Shown: positions 12,400-27,405, counted from the stretch's first letter. The stretch is DNA of 64,000 nt from Eledone cirrhosa (GCA_964016885.1 OZ024743.1:14260001-14324000); one strand, 5' to 3'. Notes: a model not told the origin generated them from the sequence alone. Numbers and translations are program-made.

Positions 12400-15300
12400 A
12401 CACGTACACAATTCTGAAACAAATCCTATTAATCTATTTCTTCAATCCATATTTTTCACTATTTTGAAAAGGATTAACAAGCAACAAGAAAAAAGAAATT
12501 TCATATTTTATAAGTTAAACCTCAGCGCTTAATTATATGATTTTGAAAAACAAAAACGAAAAATGTTTAAATGAAATACTTGAAAAATATATTCATTGTA
12601 GTGGAATGTGAAATTTATAAACAGAAGCAATTACAATTGAATGTTTTTGAAGGTTTAAATAATTCTTACAAAGCATTGGTTTTCGTTCTCTTTTAAATAA
12701 TAGAGTGCGCTATATTTATATTCACTTTTCTTATATCTTTTTAATTTATTATAGCGTAATTCTTCATGCCTCACCTATCACAACAGCAGAACTCTTTACA
12801 CAACCCGAGAAATGATGTTGAAAATAAATTGTCTTTCGTGAAATAAAATATGAATATTTTTCGGAAAACATAACTCCAAAAAAAAGTCTTTTAAAACAAA
12901 ATGAAAGTAAAACAGATTTTACTAATTAGAAAGAATGCATTTTGAGGAATCAATACGTTATTGTTTATGAATTAACCAAGTAGTAATTCTTTTTTACAAT
13001 ATTTCAATTATTTTATGTTTGGTCTTCTGGGTAGGCGCACAACTATTCCCACCAAGACAGGTATGTATAATGCTATTAATCTTTCGCCTTAAACGCTGAA
13101 GGTTTCCAGGGGGAAGGGGAAATATTCAGGAGGAAATTGATGTTATGTTTATTACAGCACACAAAACAGTGGAACAACACAGTAGCAGGAAAATTAGGGA
13201 CAATAGAATAAGGTTAATACAAGAAACATCAGGCCTGTGCAGACGCAGTTCTAATTGTTACAGAAAAGGGTAGGAATAAAAGGAGCACAGCTGTGGAACA
13301 CCATTTGGAATATAATGTTAAGTGACTCTTCGTCTATAACTTGTGTAGACTTCCTTTGAGTTTTAAACAATATGTTAGTAAATTTTCTATATGTATCTGT
13401 TTTTAAGGCATGTGTATTTGAACATTTCGTATTTCAACACGGACTATCTAGCAAGTATGTAATGAACTTAAAATGTTTTAAACTAAAGCGCAAATTTTCA
13501 GTCCAATTTCTATACCAATGTCTGGTCTCTGGTTCAATAAGCGATACAGTCAATCATGCCACATAACTTACTTTGCAGAAAAATCAAAATTCAACCATAT
13601 TGCTAGCGTCTATATATCTCTTTTTATTGACACCATTAACCAGTAACCATATTACTAATATTAACCAGCATATGGCCATTACTAATTTTATGTTGTCCTC
13701 ACAATTCACCCGCACAAAATCGACCATACCTTTATCACGACTTAAACTATTTCACAATGTGACGAAGAATTTGAATTTGGTATTAGTTCTAAATAAACAT
13801 GGCAAGATATAAGCACACGCTATTACACTCGAACTTCCATGCACAGAATCCACTAATGCTTTACCACTACGATGCCGTAGCCCTATGACCAATTATTTTA
13901 AACTATAGACTCCACTTCAAATATGCCAAAAGTACCCAGTGAAGTTGATTGGTAATTTGAAATTTTCTCCATTGCCTATTAAATAGGACGTTGAAAATAT
14001 GTTGTCACCACTTTAAACCTCCACAGAATAACAAGGATAAACAAGTGAAGTTGGGCCCTCTAGAAACGCATACCTGAAAGTTACTTGGAACCATTCTGTA
14101 ATCTTCTAATCAATAGCATGTTGAATGACCTATTTTTGAGGATTCGCCTCAAACTCCTATGATTGTGTTTACTTCTCGTCTGCCTTTTCAAGCCCACTAC
14201 AAGTGTTTTCCTTTCTTAAGCTTCTTTAATTCATAATGTGTTACAACAACACGGTTGAAAATCCCGAATATCTGTAATGTTACGTTAGATATGAGTGCGT
14301 ATATTTCTGTATACATGTCTATCTGCACCTACATTCGTGAAACTTTAAATGAAAATGTTTAAACATATGCACACCTACTATTAAAATTTAGAGGCATATT
14401 CAATTTCAAATTTCCATAGGTGTTCTTTCGTATGGAAATACGAAAACGTCTCCATACGTTCATCATATCTTAAACTGCAAATGAACAGGATCGTTAGAGT
14501 ATTTGATATAGTGAGGTGGTACATTTGTAGGAATATATGCGATTTGATTTCAAATCCCGCATTGCAGAACCTTGCCTTTCGTCTATTACGAGCCAATAAA
14601 TTTAGGACCACGTCGGGGCCATAAAGAGCCACAATTGTAAGAGAATTTGAGAATACAACACTGCATTCGATGTTCAAATTATTGATGTATTAGTTGTGTT
14701 ATTTTTATTAAATTCCTATCAATTCATTTGCATTGCGTCTACTGTACGAAAACTAAACACAGTGTCCATGTAACAGCATTTATTTGGCAGTTTTAATGTT
14801 CATTTCATAAAGACTTTATGCATCCTGAACATTCTGCATGGTATTTATATAACTATACCTCCTGTCACTCTGAGATAGCTTACCCCGATAACATTTTCGG
14901 TATTTTCTATTTTCCAACTCACTTATCCTAATGCATTGTTCTTTGTTTACTCTTCTCACTGTAATTATTTGTTTTCTTAAGGATATAGTTTTCTTTAATG
15001 AAGGGCTCTGCTTGTCACGTGAGACAATACTTTCTCCCAACAACCGACTAATGTATACCAACGTCGAACAATAGCTCTATATGCGGTAATTATGTTGCTT
15101 GCAAGATTGTGTCTTTATTTCCGTTCTCTAAAATTACATGCAACCTTTCATTGTCACCACTTATCTCTATCTAGCTACATCTCTTTCGCATACACTCCTC
15201 ATTCTTTCCACATCAACTATTCTTTGAAATCCGTTCACCGATATATTTCTACAAGAGGAATTCCAATACTATCTTTAATATATACATCAAGGAACGGTTA

Positions 15301-16590
15301 TATTATTTACTCGTGTTATCATTTGACCCTATCAAGTACATTCTTCTATTAAACAGATGTGAATACCGTAGCAAAGAAATAGATTGTTACATGATCAAAT
15401 TCAACATTGTCCATATGCCATATGGACAATTAAAATTAAAAAGAAAGAATATTTTGTAACACATTTTAAAAATATATTTAGCTTGAGTCTATTGCAATGC
15501 GCATTAACATTCTGGTTCTTTGTTTTACTTGCAAAGTTCATAGTCATACACATAAATCTAAAACGCAATGAAAATCAATGGAAGTAGATGTTATTATCGT
15601 AGAGAAAATAGTAAACACATTTTATGTTAAAAGCATCAATGTGATTTTCAGCCACAAAGCATAGGCTTCCTTATTCGCGTTATCGTTGAATAGTATTTCT
15701 ATTACTTTTGCAGTGCCTTATGAGATTACTATAGATTAATATATTCCTTGAAATATATGACAATCATTTAAATAATACTTATTTCTACGTCATAGATGAT
15801 TTTTGACATTTTAAATTAAACCTATGGGCAAAGTTTATGTTTCTAAAGATACATCTTTTAAGAATCTCCATTTTTTTTATTATTAAAATATGTTTTGTTT
15901 ACCACTGATCAAATTTCAAATATGACTCATATACACATTAACAATTCTGATTTTAATATTATATAACATATTTGAAAACTTAGTTCAATACGTATATTTG
16001 CAAAAGTACACAGCTTTGTATTCAAACAGGCACATTAATACTTTAAGTGGTTTATTAATACAATTATTTTCTTTTCATAACGTTGCCATAGCGACAGAAC
16101 TAGGGCAAATACATTTCTCTTACAAACTTAGTGTATATGTGTTATTTTAGTTTACTACTATGATGATAAAGTCTTTTCCCATGTAGATAAAAACAAAAGG
16201 CTGTCCGCCTGTCTCTAAACTTATAAAGCAACTATAATATAATTTATACGCAACAGTGGATCTCAACTATAACATTTCACTGTGAACTGAATATCGTAAA
16301 TTACAAATATTATCCTGACATATCAACAAATTAAAAGCAACCGTTCTTTACATTATTATTACCAATGCCTCAAACATTCAACCCCACATACAACAAACTC
16401 GATATTATGATCCTAGATTTGCCAAGGTGGTCTTCATAAGTGGGGTATTTACTGTATTTAGAAGGTAATGTATTATATACCAGGCACGGTCCTAATCTTG
16501 ATTTTCTCAACACTTTTTTTTCGGAACGCGAGGAAAAATGTAAATCCGTCTCTATTGTCAGTGAAATATTGGTGTCTTACATGCTAGCCA

Positions 16591-16792
16591 TATGAGGGTC
16601 AGCTGAAAACTTCATAGGCTGACTATGAATGATTGATGTTCAAGCTGTGAAATCCTGCATGCATTCATTTCAAATTTTTATTTTAATAATTGTATTATTT
16701 CCATCGAGGGACATTGTTTAAAATCAAATATCATTTGGGCATTCCATGCGAGTATCTTCGACAGCTTATAAGCTTTTCAGCTGGTCCTCGTA
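16591..16792. mobile_element. Tc1/mariner-type MITE
   Basis: About 30-bp imperfect TIRs (TA-TGAGGGTCAGCTGAAAACTTCATAGGCTG and CAGCTTATAAGCTTTTCAGCTGGTCCTCG-TA) with TA at both ends. Confidence 0.7.
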
Positions 16793-16909
16793 TAATACCG
16801 TCCAAAACTACAGTAATATCAATATTATTCATTTAAAATGTATGAAATCCATAATGCATTAACGGCAGTTACTACTTCTAGGACTTGCGTGCTACACGTT
16901 CCCTCCCCC

Positions 16910-16948
<39 letters not shown>

Positions 16949-17574
16949 TCTTACATTGTTTATCTCCCTTTCTATACATATAGGTATGGAGTATTATTCA
17001 ATTGGAACATTATACTTTTCGATTTGAATCTCAACACATCTCATGAAAACTGTTCCTCTACATGAAACGATATAAAAGTACAAATCCAGAACATGTTATC
17101 GAATAGTCATGCGTAAATTGTACAGAAACTAACTATATTGTCTTCATTCCTGAACCGTTGATTTTATGCATTGAATCTCAGAATTTGCATACATCGGATC
17201 AGAACACCTGATAGAATCCACCCATGTAATTTCAGAAAAGGTTTAGAAAACTTGTATTACCTAATACATTGTTCGATCTATCATAAAAAAATATCTAGGA
17301 TGCTATACGCTCCATGCTGTTGCAGCTAACTCTCTTTGAATCTGTCAAATTCTGAAATTCCTATTAGGTCAATAGGAGAGTGTCGATTGTGGGTCTCCAT
17401 CTGCTCACGTTTGCGTGGACATATGAGATGCTTAGCTAAAGAACGTACTAGCGTGCCATACTTGATTTCGATTTCAACATACATATGTTGTTGTTCAGAA
17501 AGTTCTTTATATATAAATAGATATACAGATATACATACACCCACCCACAAACACACACACGAGCGCATATATTC

Positions 17575-17696
<122 letters not shown>

Positions 17697-18632
17697 ATAT
17701 GTATATATGTATATATGGATAAATGTGTAGATAGATATATAGATAGATATAAATATACTTCTAGTTATATATATTCATTCCTTTTCAAGCTTACTTGTCT
17801 TTCTATGTAATTATCTGTCCTGGATGAATGTTCTTCCAGCATTCATAATAGGGCTCTAGCTATTTATTATAATGAATCGCATCCTCTTAAGTCTTCATCG
17901 CTTCAATAACGTTTGAACACGCCATGTAAGTTTGATAATATAGTAATTGTAAGTCGCTATTATATATTTACAACAGCTTTAAAAATAACAGTATATTCAT
18001 TTGACAAAGCTAACGTGTTACCTCTAAGGCATTAATATTTTGCTATCAATACCGTATTTTTACACACCGCATTTGAAATGTGGAAGTAACAAACTCATTT
18101 AACAAAGCAAGTAATTAAGCAGACGACAATCCTGTCTGAAACGAACTTAGTCACAATTTGCGCAAGATTAATAACTTAGTGAGTGGACGATATCTATTTT
18201 AACAAGGAAGCAAATTGGAAACTTGCTATGAAATTTAGTTCTCTTGACATGGAAGATGTTTCAGTCACTATAAAAGCAGGTGTAAATTATTATTATTAAT
18301 CACGTGAAAAGTTTTACTTCAGTAATTGATTTCTGAATTGTAGAATATGACGATTCTCAGAAGTATTGCATTAATTTAAATTTAATATTAATTCCGTTAT
18401 CCTAAAATTGTGCCTCCATCCCCCATTCGCATCTTCTTTCTTTTCACATCTCCTGCCAAATAAAACAAAGATTTTCTCAGACATATTTCTATATATGTAT
18501 TTTTAATTGTCTCAACTATGTTATTTATCATTCTATTGTTTTACTTTCTAAGAATAATGATTCAATATTTTCAACACGATGTCATCGCCTCAATATTATA
18601 GTCATTTATCCTTGCCCTTATATATATATATA

Positions 18633-20221
18633 TATTAGTAAAAAGGAAAAGAAGATGCTGACACATTTTTCCCAGTGAAAACTAGTTTAATTAGGAATAA
18701 GTATGAATTTGTAATAAGTATTAGTTAGTATTCAGTTTTAGTTTTAAGTTTTTACCGGTTGCGCATTTCTTATGCTTTTCAAAAATAATTTTGAGATAGA
18801 GTGCTCGTGATGTTTGCTCTAATCTGATCAGTTTTGGAACTTCATCCTGTTTTATGGGAAAAAGTGACTTGGGTCGTATTAAGATTTGGTTGGTTGTTGA
18901 ATGTCAGCCCACAGACTCCAAGCAATATCTTCCTTTCAATTCATGCCACCCTAGACACGTTAAAATTAATATCCCCTACAACTTAGCCAAGAGAATCTGT
19001 ACTATAGTTTCCAATAAAAACACCTGTTACTTACGTCTACAACAACTAAAGGACACACTCATAAGCAGGGACTACGCTGCATCACTAATTGACAATGGAA
19101 TCCAACGTACCCTAAAACTCAGTACCAAGGACCTTAGACACCCTAAGGTTAATCAACCGAAACAAAATGCTCTTCCATGTATCTCCACATACAACCCCCT
19201 CAACAATGAGGCCTTTGACACCATCCTCCAGAACATCCCTGTATTAATAAAGGACCATAGAATGAAACAAATCCTTCGAAAACGCGATATCATAAAGAGC
19301 AAAAGACAATCTAAGTCAATGAAAAACGTCCTAACACATGCCAAAGTACTGCCAACCACAACAACGAAACCCACAGTAAAACAATGCGATAGACCTAACT
19401 GTGTATATGCATCAACCTCATAGAGGGTTCGGAATTCTATTTCAAACAAGGACAACGTTTTATAGTAAAACACAATTTCACAGGTGTATCAGAAAACCTA
19501 ATATATGTATTAACTTGCTCAGGTTGTCGGGAACAATACATAGGCCAGACTAAACCAGCCTCCGTCAACGCATGAATGTCTATAGATCACAAATCAAAAT
19601 ACGGGAATACAGAAAAATAGCACTGTGTAAACACATTGATACCTGTGCCGCCCTAAATCATCCCAACTTTAGAATCTTTCCCCTCTACAAATTTAAAGAT
19701 AATGACACCCAGCGCATCAGCAAGGAATCTCACTTTATTAACAAATATGGACCCCGTCTAAACACTTCTTCCTAAGACAAACCAACAACATACACACTTT
19801 GACATACATACCTACATCAGCATACATCCTACATACGTTTCTATCCACATATAAACACAATGACATACGTAAACACACATGTTCTATGGTGCAACACAAA
19901 TATACACAAATTCGCATACCTTTTGATGTTTATATATATACAGGTGCCGACACCCACATATACAGACATGTATTGCACTTTGATGGGTGCATACAGATTT
20001 GTACACAAGTATCCCATCCAGCAGGGCCTAATGGATACCCCTTGCAGTACGTACAATCTGTACTCACCAACACCTTCTTGTTATGACAATACTATACATC
20101 ATTTCACCTCTTTTATTATTGATGTTATTGATGTTCCTTTGAGAGAATCGTGTTTGCAAATGACTGAAAATATCGAATAATGTACGCCATTTTTACCAGT
20201 ACCACAAAAATACTGGTCCTT

Positions 20222-20320
<99 letters not shown>

Positions 20321-20516
20321 CGCATGCACACGCGAACACTAAGATACAGACGGACATACACACACATACACACACACTTATCGTATAAGACAAGAGCTGA
20401 AAAATATGTTTCAATATGTTAAAATACACCCCTCCCCCATCGCCACCACACACACAAACACACTCACATTCCTACTGACCGATTCATTTCCATTATCACA
20501 ACAATGAACCACTTTG

Positions 20517-20592
<76 letters not shown>

Positions 20593-21088
20593 TTGACTTA
20601 ATAGACACCTTAACTTTTGACCTATCAACATGACTGCATTTCAATCAAGCGGAAAAGGACACTCTTCGACAAACCTACATTTGGCGCGAAACCAGCACGC
20701 GCTAAAATCAATTTAAACAGTCACGTGACTTCTACCAACCAATCAAAATTGTTTTGACTACAAGCATTTTTACAACACGAATTGACGCGAAATGTATAGT
20801 GTTTATTCACGTGACATTCAACAACCAACCAAATCTTAATACCTCGCATGCCACTTTTTTCCCATAAAACAGGAAGAACTTCACAAACTGATCATATTAG
20901 ATCAAAAATCACGAGCATTCTATCTCAAAATTATTTTTGAAAAGCATAAGAAATGCGCAACCGGTAAAAACCAAAACTAAAACTGAATACTAACTAATAC
21001 TTATTACTAATTTATACTTATTCCTAATTAAAGTATATTTCACTGGGAAAAATTTGTCAGCATTTCCTTTTCCTTTTTACTAATATAT
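18633..21088 (+). mobile_element. 5'-truncated Neptune-like PLE with inverted 5' pseudo-LTR
   Basis: 18907-19775 is closely similar to about 42755-43633 (RT thumb and GIY-YIG, frameshifted). 18633-18907 is the reverse complement of 20812-21088. Confidence 0.95.
20934..20969 (+). ncRNA. Variant hammerhead motif (U3:A8, A13C) in Neptune-like pseudo-LTR
   Basis: TTT TTGAAAA GCAT aagaa ATGC GCAA CCGG TA AAA. Same motif at ~18750-18787 (-) and ~44660-44697 (+). Confidence 0.55.
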
Positions 21089-21404
21089 GACAACTTGTGT
21101 GTCACATCTCTATTTATATATATATATACATATCATGAAAGATGTCTATAGAATCACCAGATAAAAATATACCATTTCCTCTCCCAATTAGCATAATTAA
21201 CAATATAAAAAATCGAATAGACCAGGCTATAAGAATAAGGCTTCTATGAAGAAATCTCCAACAAATAACAGAAACCAGCCCTTCGCGCCGGCTGCGACGG
21301 AATATTTATCGAATATTTCGACAGCGTAATCGCCCAGATATACAGTCAATTAAACAGAATTAGGTGTAAAATAAACTAGGAGAAAAGAGAATACATTTAT
21401 TTAC

Positions 21405-21477
21405 CTCGACCATGGTTTCGTCCGCATTTTAAGATTTCCGATAACTTCGGAACCTTGAGCACCGGACTCTTCAGGAG
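21405..21477 (-). ncRNA. Type I hammerhead ribozyme with 48-nt stem II domain
   Basis: CTC CTGAAGA GTCCG...TTCCGA agtta TCGGAA...CGGAC GAAA CCATG GTC GAG, with palindromic ACCATGGT. Confidence 0.85.
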
Positions 21478-22068
21478 TTTGCTCAAATCTAGACAATAAA
21501 TGTTCCAAAGTGATCGCGCCAAGAATACATTCAAAAATGGCTAAGAATCGTGACGTAGCACCGGTCAGGTTGGAAGGAGTGTGGTTAGTTGCTTACGGCT
21601 GGTGGCTTTTTGCTAGAAAGCGCAGCACAATACAGCCAAATTTGTATCTCAACCTAACGGGAGATTATTACATATAAAGGTTTACATATATATATATATA
21701 CATATATACATATACGTGTTATGCAACGGGTCACTTTGTGGCTCAATGAAAAGTTAATAAATGTAATAATCTCCCGTTAGGTTGAGATACAAATGTTGCC
21801 TATTCATCCAAGGCGACTTCACTTTTTATTAGGACTTCTGCATCAATTGTTGAACATACGACGAAACTGTTACAGAAAGGCGGGATAAACATGACAATCT
21901 ATGTTTAGAATCCCGATCAACGCCGTGCCATTCTGCTAGTATATATTAAAATAGCAGATTAAAGTGTAAGCGAAGAATCGTTGCTTTCAACCTTAACGGG
22001 ATCTTCTGAAACTAAAAAAATTAATCTGTGAACACAGAAGTAAATATATCGAAAAACGTTACGCACGT

Positions 22069-22099
<31 letters not shown>

Positions 22100-22364
22100 T
22101 ATATATACATATATACATACACACACACAGATAGTGTCATAATGTCGTAATGCAGACACCAGACATGCAGCCAGATATCATAAGGACGCGATGTTATAGC
22201 TATCTAATGCGGTCCCTAGGGCATTGAACATTTGAAATAGTTTTTGCTCAAAACACTCACACGACCATAGGTATTACATGTGTAAAGAGTGAAACAAATC
22301 AATTGGGTGTTTCTCGAGTTTTACGGAGTCAGTCAGACAGATAGCAGACATTCTCTGTTATATA

Positions 22365-25300
22365 TATATATATCACAGCGATAAATCTGTTTTGCGAGGT
22401 TTTTGATATGAAATCGTGTGTCGAAACAAATATTATACTTTGGGAGTGTCATATTGTTGTAATAATATTGCCAGATATAATAACAGAACACACTCACCGT
22501 TTGGTTGGTTTTCGCTTCTGTATCTGTTATATCTCCACAGTTAATTCATTCCGTCGTCAATGTTTACCAGTGACTGACCAACGGTCAAACATACAGATAT
22601 AATATAGATATAAACACCTATATATAGTCTAAGTTCCTTCGTTGCACATCTGCAACATCATCAGTGGTACTATTATGTTCCTCCTGTTGTATTGTATATC
22701 TACGCCATTTTTATTTTATTTGTTTATTTATTTATCTATGTTTGTTGTCTTCTCTGTGCATGCGTTTGCGTGTGTGTATAGTGTTTTTTGTGAGTTCGCG
22801 TTTGGGTGATTGTGTTTTGGTGTTTGTGTATATATTTATTTATTTATTTATTTATATTTCTCTTAAGTCAGTATTGTTTGTTTGGGTGTTGTTATTCCAT
22901 TATTTGTTTCTATTAACCTTTGGCCTTCTGAGCTCTATTTCGCTTGCCTCTCTGATTTGCCTATCTGCTGCGTCATTTCTATGTTTAGATATTATTTTAA
23001 TTTCTATGTTTTCTAAGTTACCGTCATGTTGTTATCTGGCGTGTGCGTATAGTACTGAACCGTTTTTTCCTCCTTTTAGTTTCTCCCAGTGTTGGTCTAT
23101 CCTTTCTCCTATGCTACGAGCCGTCGCGCCTATGTATATTGTTGTCATGTTTCTTCAAGTACCCTCTGTATGTTTTGCTGATCAGGGATTTTATGGTAGT
23201 TCCTAGGTTTTCTACCACTTTAATATTTAAGTTGGTGTTTCTCAGGGCCTTTCTACATTGGTTAGGTAATTTTTCCCCAGGGGTGGCGTCCACGAACATG
23301 ACAGTCTGGTATCTCTGGTTGGTGGCTTTACCTATTCCCTGAGGTGGCTTTACCTATTTTATGTTTAGTCCTACCTAAGCTATTCCATGATTTGCTCCTG
23401 TTTAATGGGCAAATTCCTTTCATGTCCAGTTCTATGAGGGTATTATACTTCTTCGTGGCTCCTTTGTATACTCTGATTCTCTCTCTTTGGTTGTAGCCAG
23501 AGAACTGCATGCAGTTGATGAAGTGTTGGATGTGTCTCTCCATTTCTGTTGGGTCGCACATGTGGGACACGTTCTTCATAACTCGTACCATGTCTGCGAT
23601 CAGAATATTAAACTTATCACTACTGGACATTGCTGAGTTTTTGAATAACAGGTATTTGGAGGCCATGGGTTTAGCGTAGTGTAATGTGGGCCCTCTCGTC
23701 TATAGTGTTAATCCAGATTGCCGTGTCTAATTAAGGTAGTCTAATTAGGGTGTTTGGAAGGTAGTCGATAGTTACAGTTATACTCTAGTGTATGGAGTTA
23801 GCTATCTGCTGGATGCTTTCCATTGTGCTACATACTAAATCATACTTGTTAGTACTCTCTTTTGGGAGTGTCCTTATTACTATATTAATATCGTCTACGT
23901 AACGAGAGTACATGATGAGGACTAAGGAGCTCTCATCAAGGAGTTATTTTAGGCTCCTTTCCCACCATATCATAAACAGGTGTGCAACGTCACCAGCTAT
24001 GCTGACGCCAATGGCTGCTCCCTCATTGTGGGTGTAGATCTTCTCGTTGAAGTTGAATATGTGGCCCTTAAGGGCCACATATAATACTAGCCGTTATTGG
24101 ATGCGCGACCATTTTTATTACCTGATTGTTTTTTGTGGGGGGGGGGGCGTATGGCTTCGGTCCACCCAATCCACCTTCCTATGGGATTCTTTTTTGTCAT
24201 TGGGGTTATGGTGGGTGGTCCACCTATTATGGGTCTACTGGGGCAGAAACGGCTAAGGTCATGGCTACCTAGGTAGGCGGTGTCATAGGTAAGTCTAAGT
24301 AGGAGGCCCAGTTCATCTGTGTCGACGTCGCAGAGCTCCACCTCACTCTCACTGATCATCTCCACACATTTTTCCACAGCAAAATCAATGTTAATGGATG
24401 GGAATAGTGATACCACATCCATACTGACTATTAAGCAGTTAGATAGGTTTTTGTTTTTGTTGCATTCATTGATTCTGCTGAGGAGGTCCCCTGTACTGTC
24501 ACATACATATGGGAACATCTTTGAGTATGGGGCATATAACCATTGAGAGGAAGTAGGAGATCCTGTAGATGCTAGCGATATTGGCTCCGCATACCGGTCT
24601 TGTTGGTGGTCCTGTTGTCGGTTCTTGGACTGTATTATGGTATTTGCGCAGCCCATACAAGAGTGGCGTGTCATTGTTAGACGCCAGGAAGTTGTTGGCA
24701 GTGCATCTGCTCGGCTTTAGGATGTCGGTCCACATTATCGTGTTGGCTTTGATGATCTTCTTCCCTCATGTGTTTGTTGTGTAATTTCGCTCGTGTTGGT
24801 GATGTGGGGTTGCATATCCTTGATGTAGTTGGGCATGCTGTCTATTGATATCCTACCAGACTTATCCGTGGGTAGGCATACTACCTCACAACCCCTTGTG
24901 CACTGCTTGAGGCTAACTTAGCCATCTACAGGTTTGCATCGAAGTTGGTGGACCTCTGGTCTGCTTTGTCTCTTAGTATACCGGAATAATATTTGTCTAA
25001 TTTATTTCTAGCTATGGTGAACTGTGCCTCTGTCTCGTCATATATTTGTTGTGGTATACAAACCCTTTTCTTAGAGGGTAACCCCCGTGGGATAAATTTT
25101 ACTCATATGTTTTGTCAGCTGGATTGAAGAATAGTTTCTCTAAGGGGTTGTCATTATGTCTATCGTCATAGTTGTGTGTGTTGCTATTATTGTTATTATG
25201 GTTGTTGTTGTTCCTACCATTAACATTATTATTATTGTTATGATTCCTAGATGTATTGTTGTTATGATTGTTAGATGTATTGTTGTTGTTTTCTCAATTG

Positions 25301-25850
25301 TTATTGTTGTTGTTACTGTTATTTCTACCAGTATGGCTGTTATTTTTATTATTATGTTTCTTGTTTTTGTTGTTGTTCTTGTTTTTGTGTCTATCATTGG
25401 TGTTGCTACTCGTATTATTTCCATTATTACTACCGTCGTTGTTGTTGTAACTCGTATTATTTCAATTAATACTACTGCGGTTGTTGTTGTGTCTATCATT
25501 AATGTTGCTACTCGTATTATTTCCATTATTACCACTGTGGTTGTTGCTGTTGTTGTGTCGGTCGTTAATGTTTCCATTATTATTATTGTGGTTGTTGTGT
25601 TGTTCTGTCTATCGTTAATATTACTGCCATTATTATTATTACTATTTCTCACTCTCCTGCTATTTTCATTGTTATGACTATTACTATTATAGCTGTTATT
25701 TCTATACTCAGAGTTATTGTCCGTATAGTTGTTATTGTTTATTTTCGCATTCCAACGTATTTTTGTGAAACACTTTTCCAGGTCTGTTTTATACTCGATT
25801 GGATTTATCTTTTTGTAGATAGCAAATTTCGATGGGAGCTGTAGAAAAAA
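22365..25850 (-). mobile_element. Disrupted PLE, family B (RT + GIY-YIG; possibly Nematis-like)
   Basis: Frameshifted RT motifs LYGLRK, GPPTRPVCGA, SMDVVSLFPSI, GAAIGVSIAG, RYVDDI and HYAKPMAS, then endonuclease remnants and an HHR-bearing 3' end. Clade assignment uncertain. Confidence 0.9.
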
Positions 25851-27403
25851 TTAACGGAATAACAGCAACACCCAACAAACAATACTGACTTAAGAGATAT
25901 ATAAATAAATAAATAAATAAATATATTCGACTACACCCCAACAGTAGACTACCTGTATTAGACACGGAACTCTGGATTAATATATTAGACGAGAGGGCCC
26001 AAATTCTCCACTCACACTACGCTAAACACATGGCCTCCAAATACCTGGTACTCAAAATCTCAGCAATGTCCAGTAGTGCTGAGTTTAATATTCTGATCGC
26101 AGACTTGGTACGAGTGATGAAGAACGTGTTCTGCATGTGCGACCCAAAATAAATGGAAAGACACATCCAACACTTCATCAACCGCATGCAGTTCTCTGGC
26201 TACAACCAAAAATAGAGAATCAAAGTAGCGACGGAGAAGTATAAGACCCTCATAAATCTGGCCATGAAAGGAATTTGCCCATTATACAGGAGCAAATCAT
26301 GGAATAGCTTAGATAGGACTAAACATAAGATAGCGAAAGCCACTTCATGGTACGACAAAGAGAGATACCAGAGTGTCATGTTCGTGGACGCTACCCCTGG
26401 AGGGAAATTAGCTAACCAGTGTAGAAAAGCGCTGAGAAAGACCCACTTAAAAATTAAAGTGGTAGAAAAGCTAGGAACTACCATAAAATCCCTGATCAGC
26501 AAAACGTACCCTTTTAAGAAAACCCACTGTACTAACAGGAAATGTGTTATGCGTAAAGTAAACCCCCGGGTTATCTGTAAAATTAGAAACGTAGCCTATA
26601 GCATAAGATATACAGAGGGTACTTGCAGAAACATGACAACAACATACATAGGCAAGACAGCTCGTAACATAGGAGAAAGAATAGACCAACACTAGGGGGA
26701 ACTAAAAGGACGAAAAAAACGGTTCAGTACTATACAACCACGCCGGACAACTTGCCGGTAACATAGATAACATAGAAATTAAAACAATATCTAAACATAG
26801 AAATGACCCAGCAGATAGGCACATCAGAGAGGCAAGCGAAATAGAGCTTAGAAGGCCAAAGCTAAACAGAAAAAAATGAATGGAATAACAACAACACCCA
26901 AACAAACAATACTGACTTAAGAGAAATATAAATAAATAAATAAATATATATATACACAAGCACAATAACTACAAACCCATATAAACACACACTACTAAAC
27001 TAAGATAGAATACAAACACAGTCACCCAAAAGCGAACACACACCAAACACTATACACATATGCAAACGCATGAGCAGAGAAGAGGACAAAAATCAATAAA
27101 TAAATAAACAGATAAAATAAAAATGGCGAAGATATACAATACGACAGGAGGAACATAATAGTGCCACTGATGATGTTGCAGATGTGCAACGAAAGAACTT
27201 TGTTAGACTATATATATGTGTTTATATCTATATTATATCTGTATTTTTGACCGTTGGTTAGTCAATGGTAAACATTGAGGACCAAATGAATTAATTGTGG
27301 AGATATAAAAGATACAGAAGCGAAAACCACCAAACAGTGAGTGTGTTCTGTTATTATATCTGGCAATATTATTATAACAATATGACCCTCCCCAAGTTAA
27401 ACA

Positions 27404-27405
<2 letters not shown>
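25850..27405 (+). mobile_element. Inverted 3' copy of family B PLE (RT thumb, GIY-YIG, pseudo-LTR)
   Basis: ORF 26264-26695 has NVAYSI...TYIGKTARNIGERIDQH, a GIY-YIG signature. Reverse-complement homolog of about 22440-23780. Confidence 0.92.
27158..27211 (+). ncRNA. Hammerhead motif of family B pseudo-LTR
   Basis: CTGATGA t GTTGCA gatg TGCAAC GAAA GAAC TT, with weak stem I. Homologs at ~22624-22675 (-) and ~47770-47816 (+). Confidence 0.7.

Noticed and set aside
21905-22355. Additional Helitron ends (CTAG-T at ~21936 and a CAGA-repeat end near 22340)
   Set aside because: Hairpin is degenerate and the ends could not be paired into one element.
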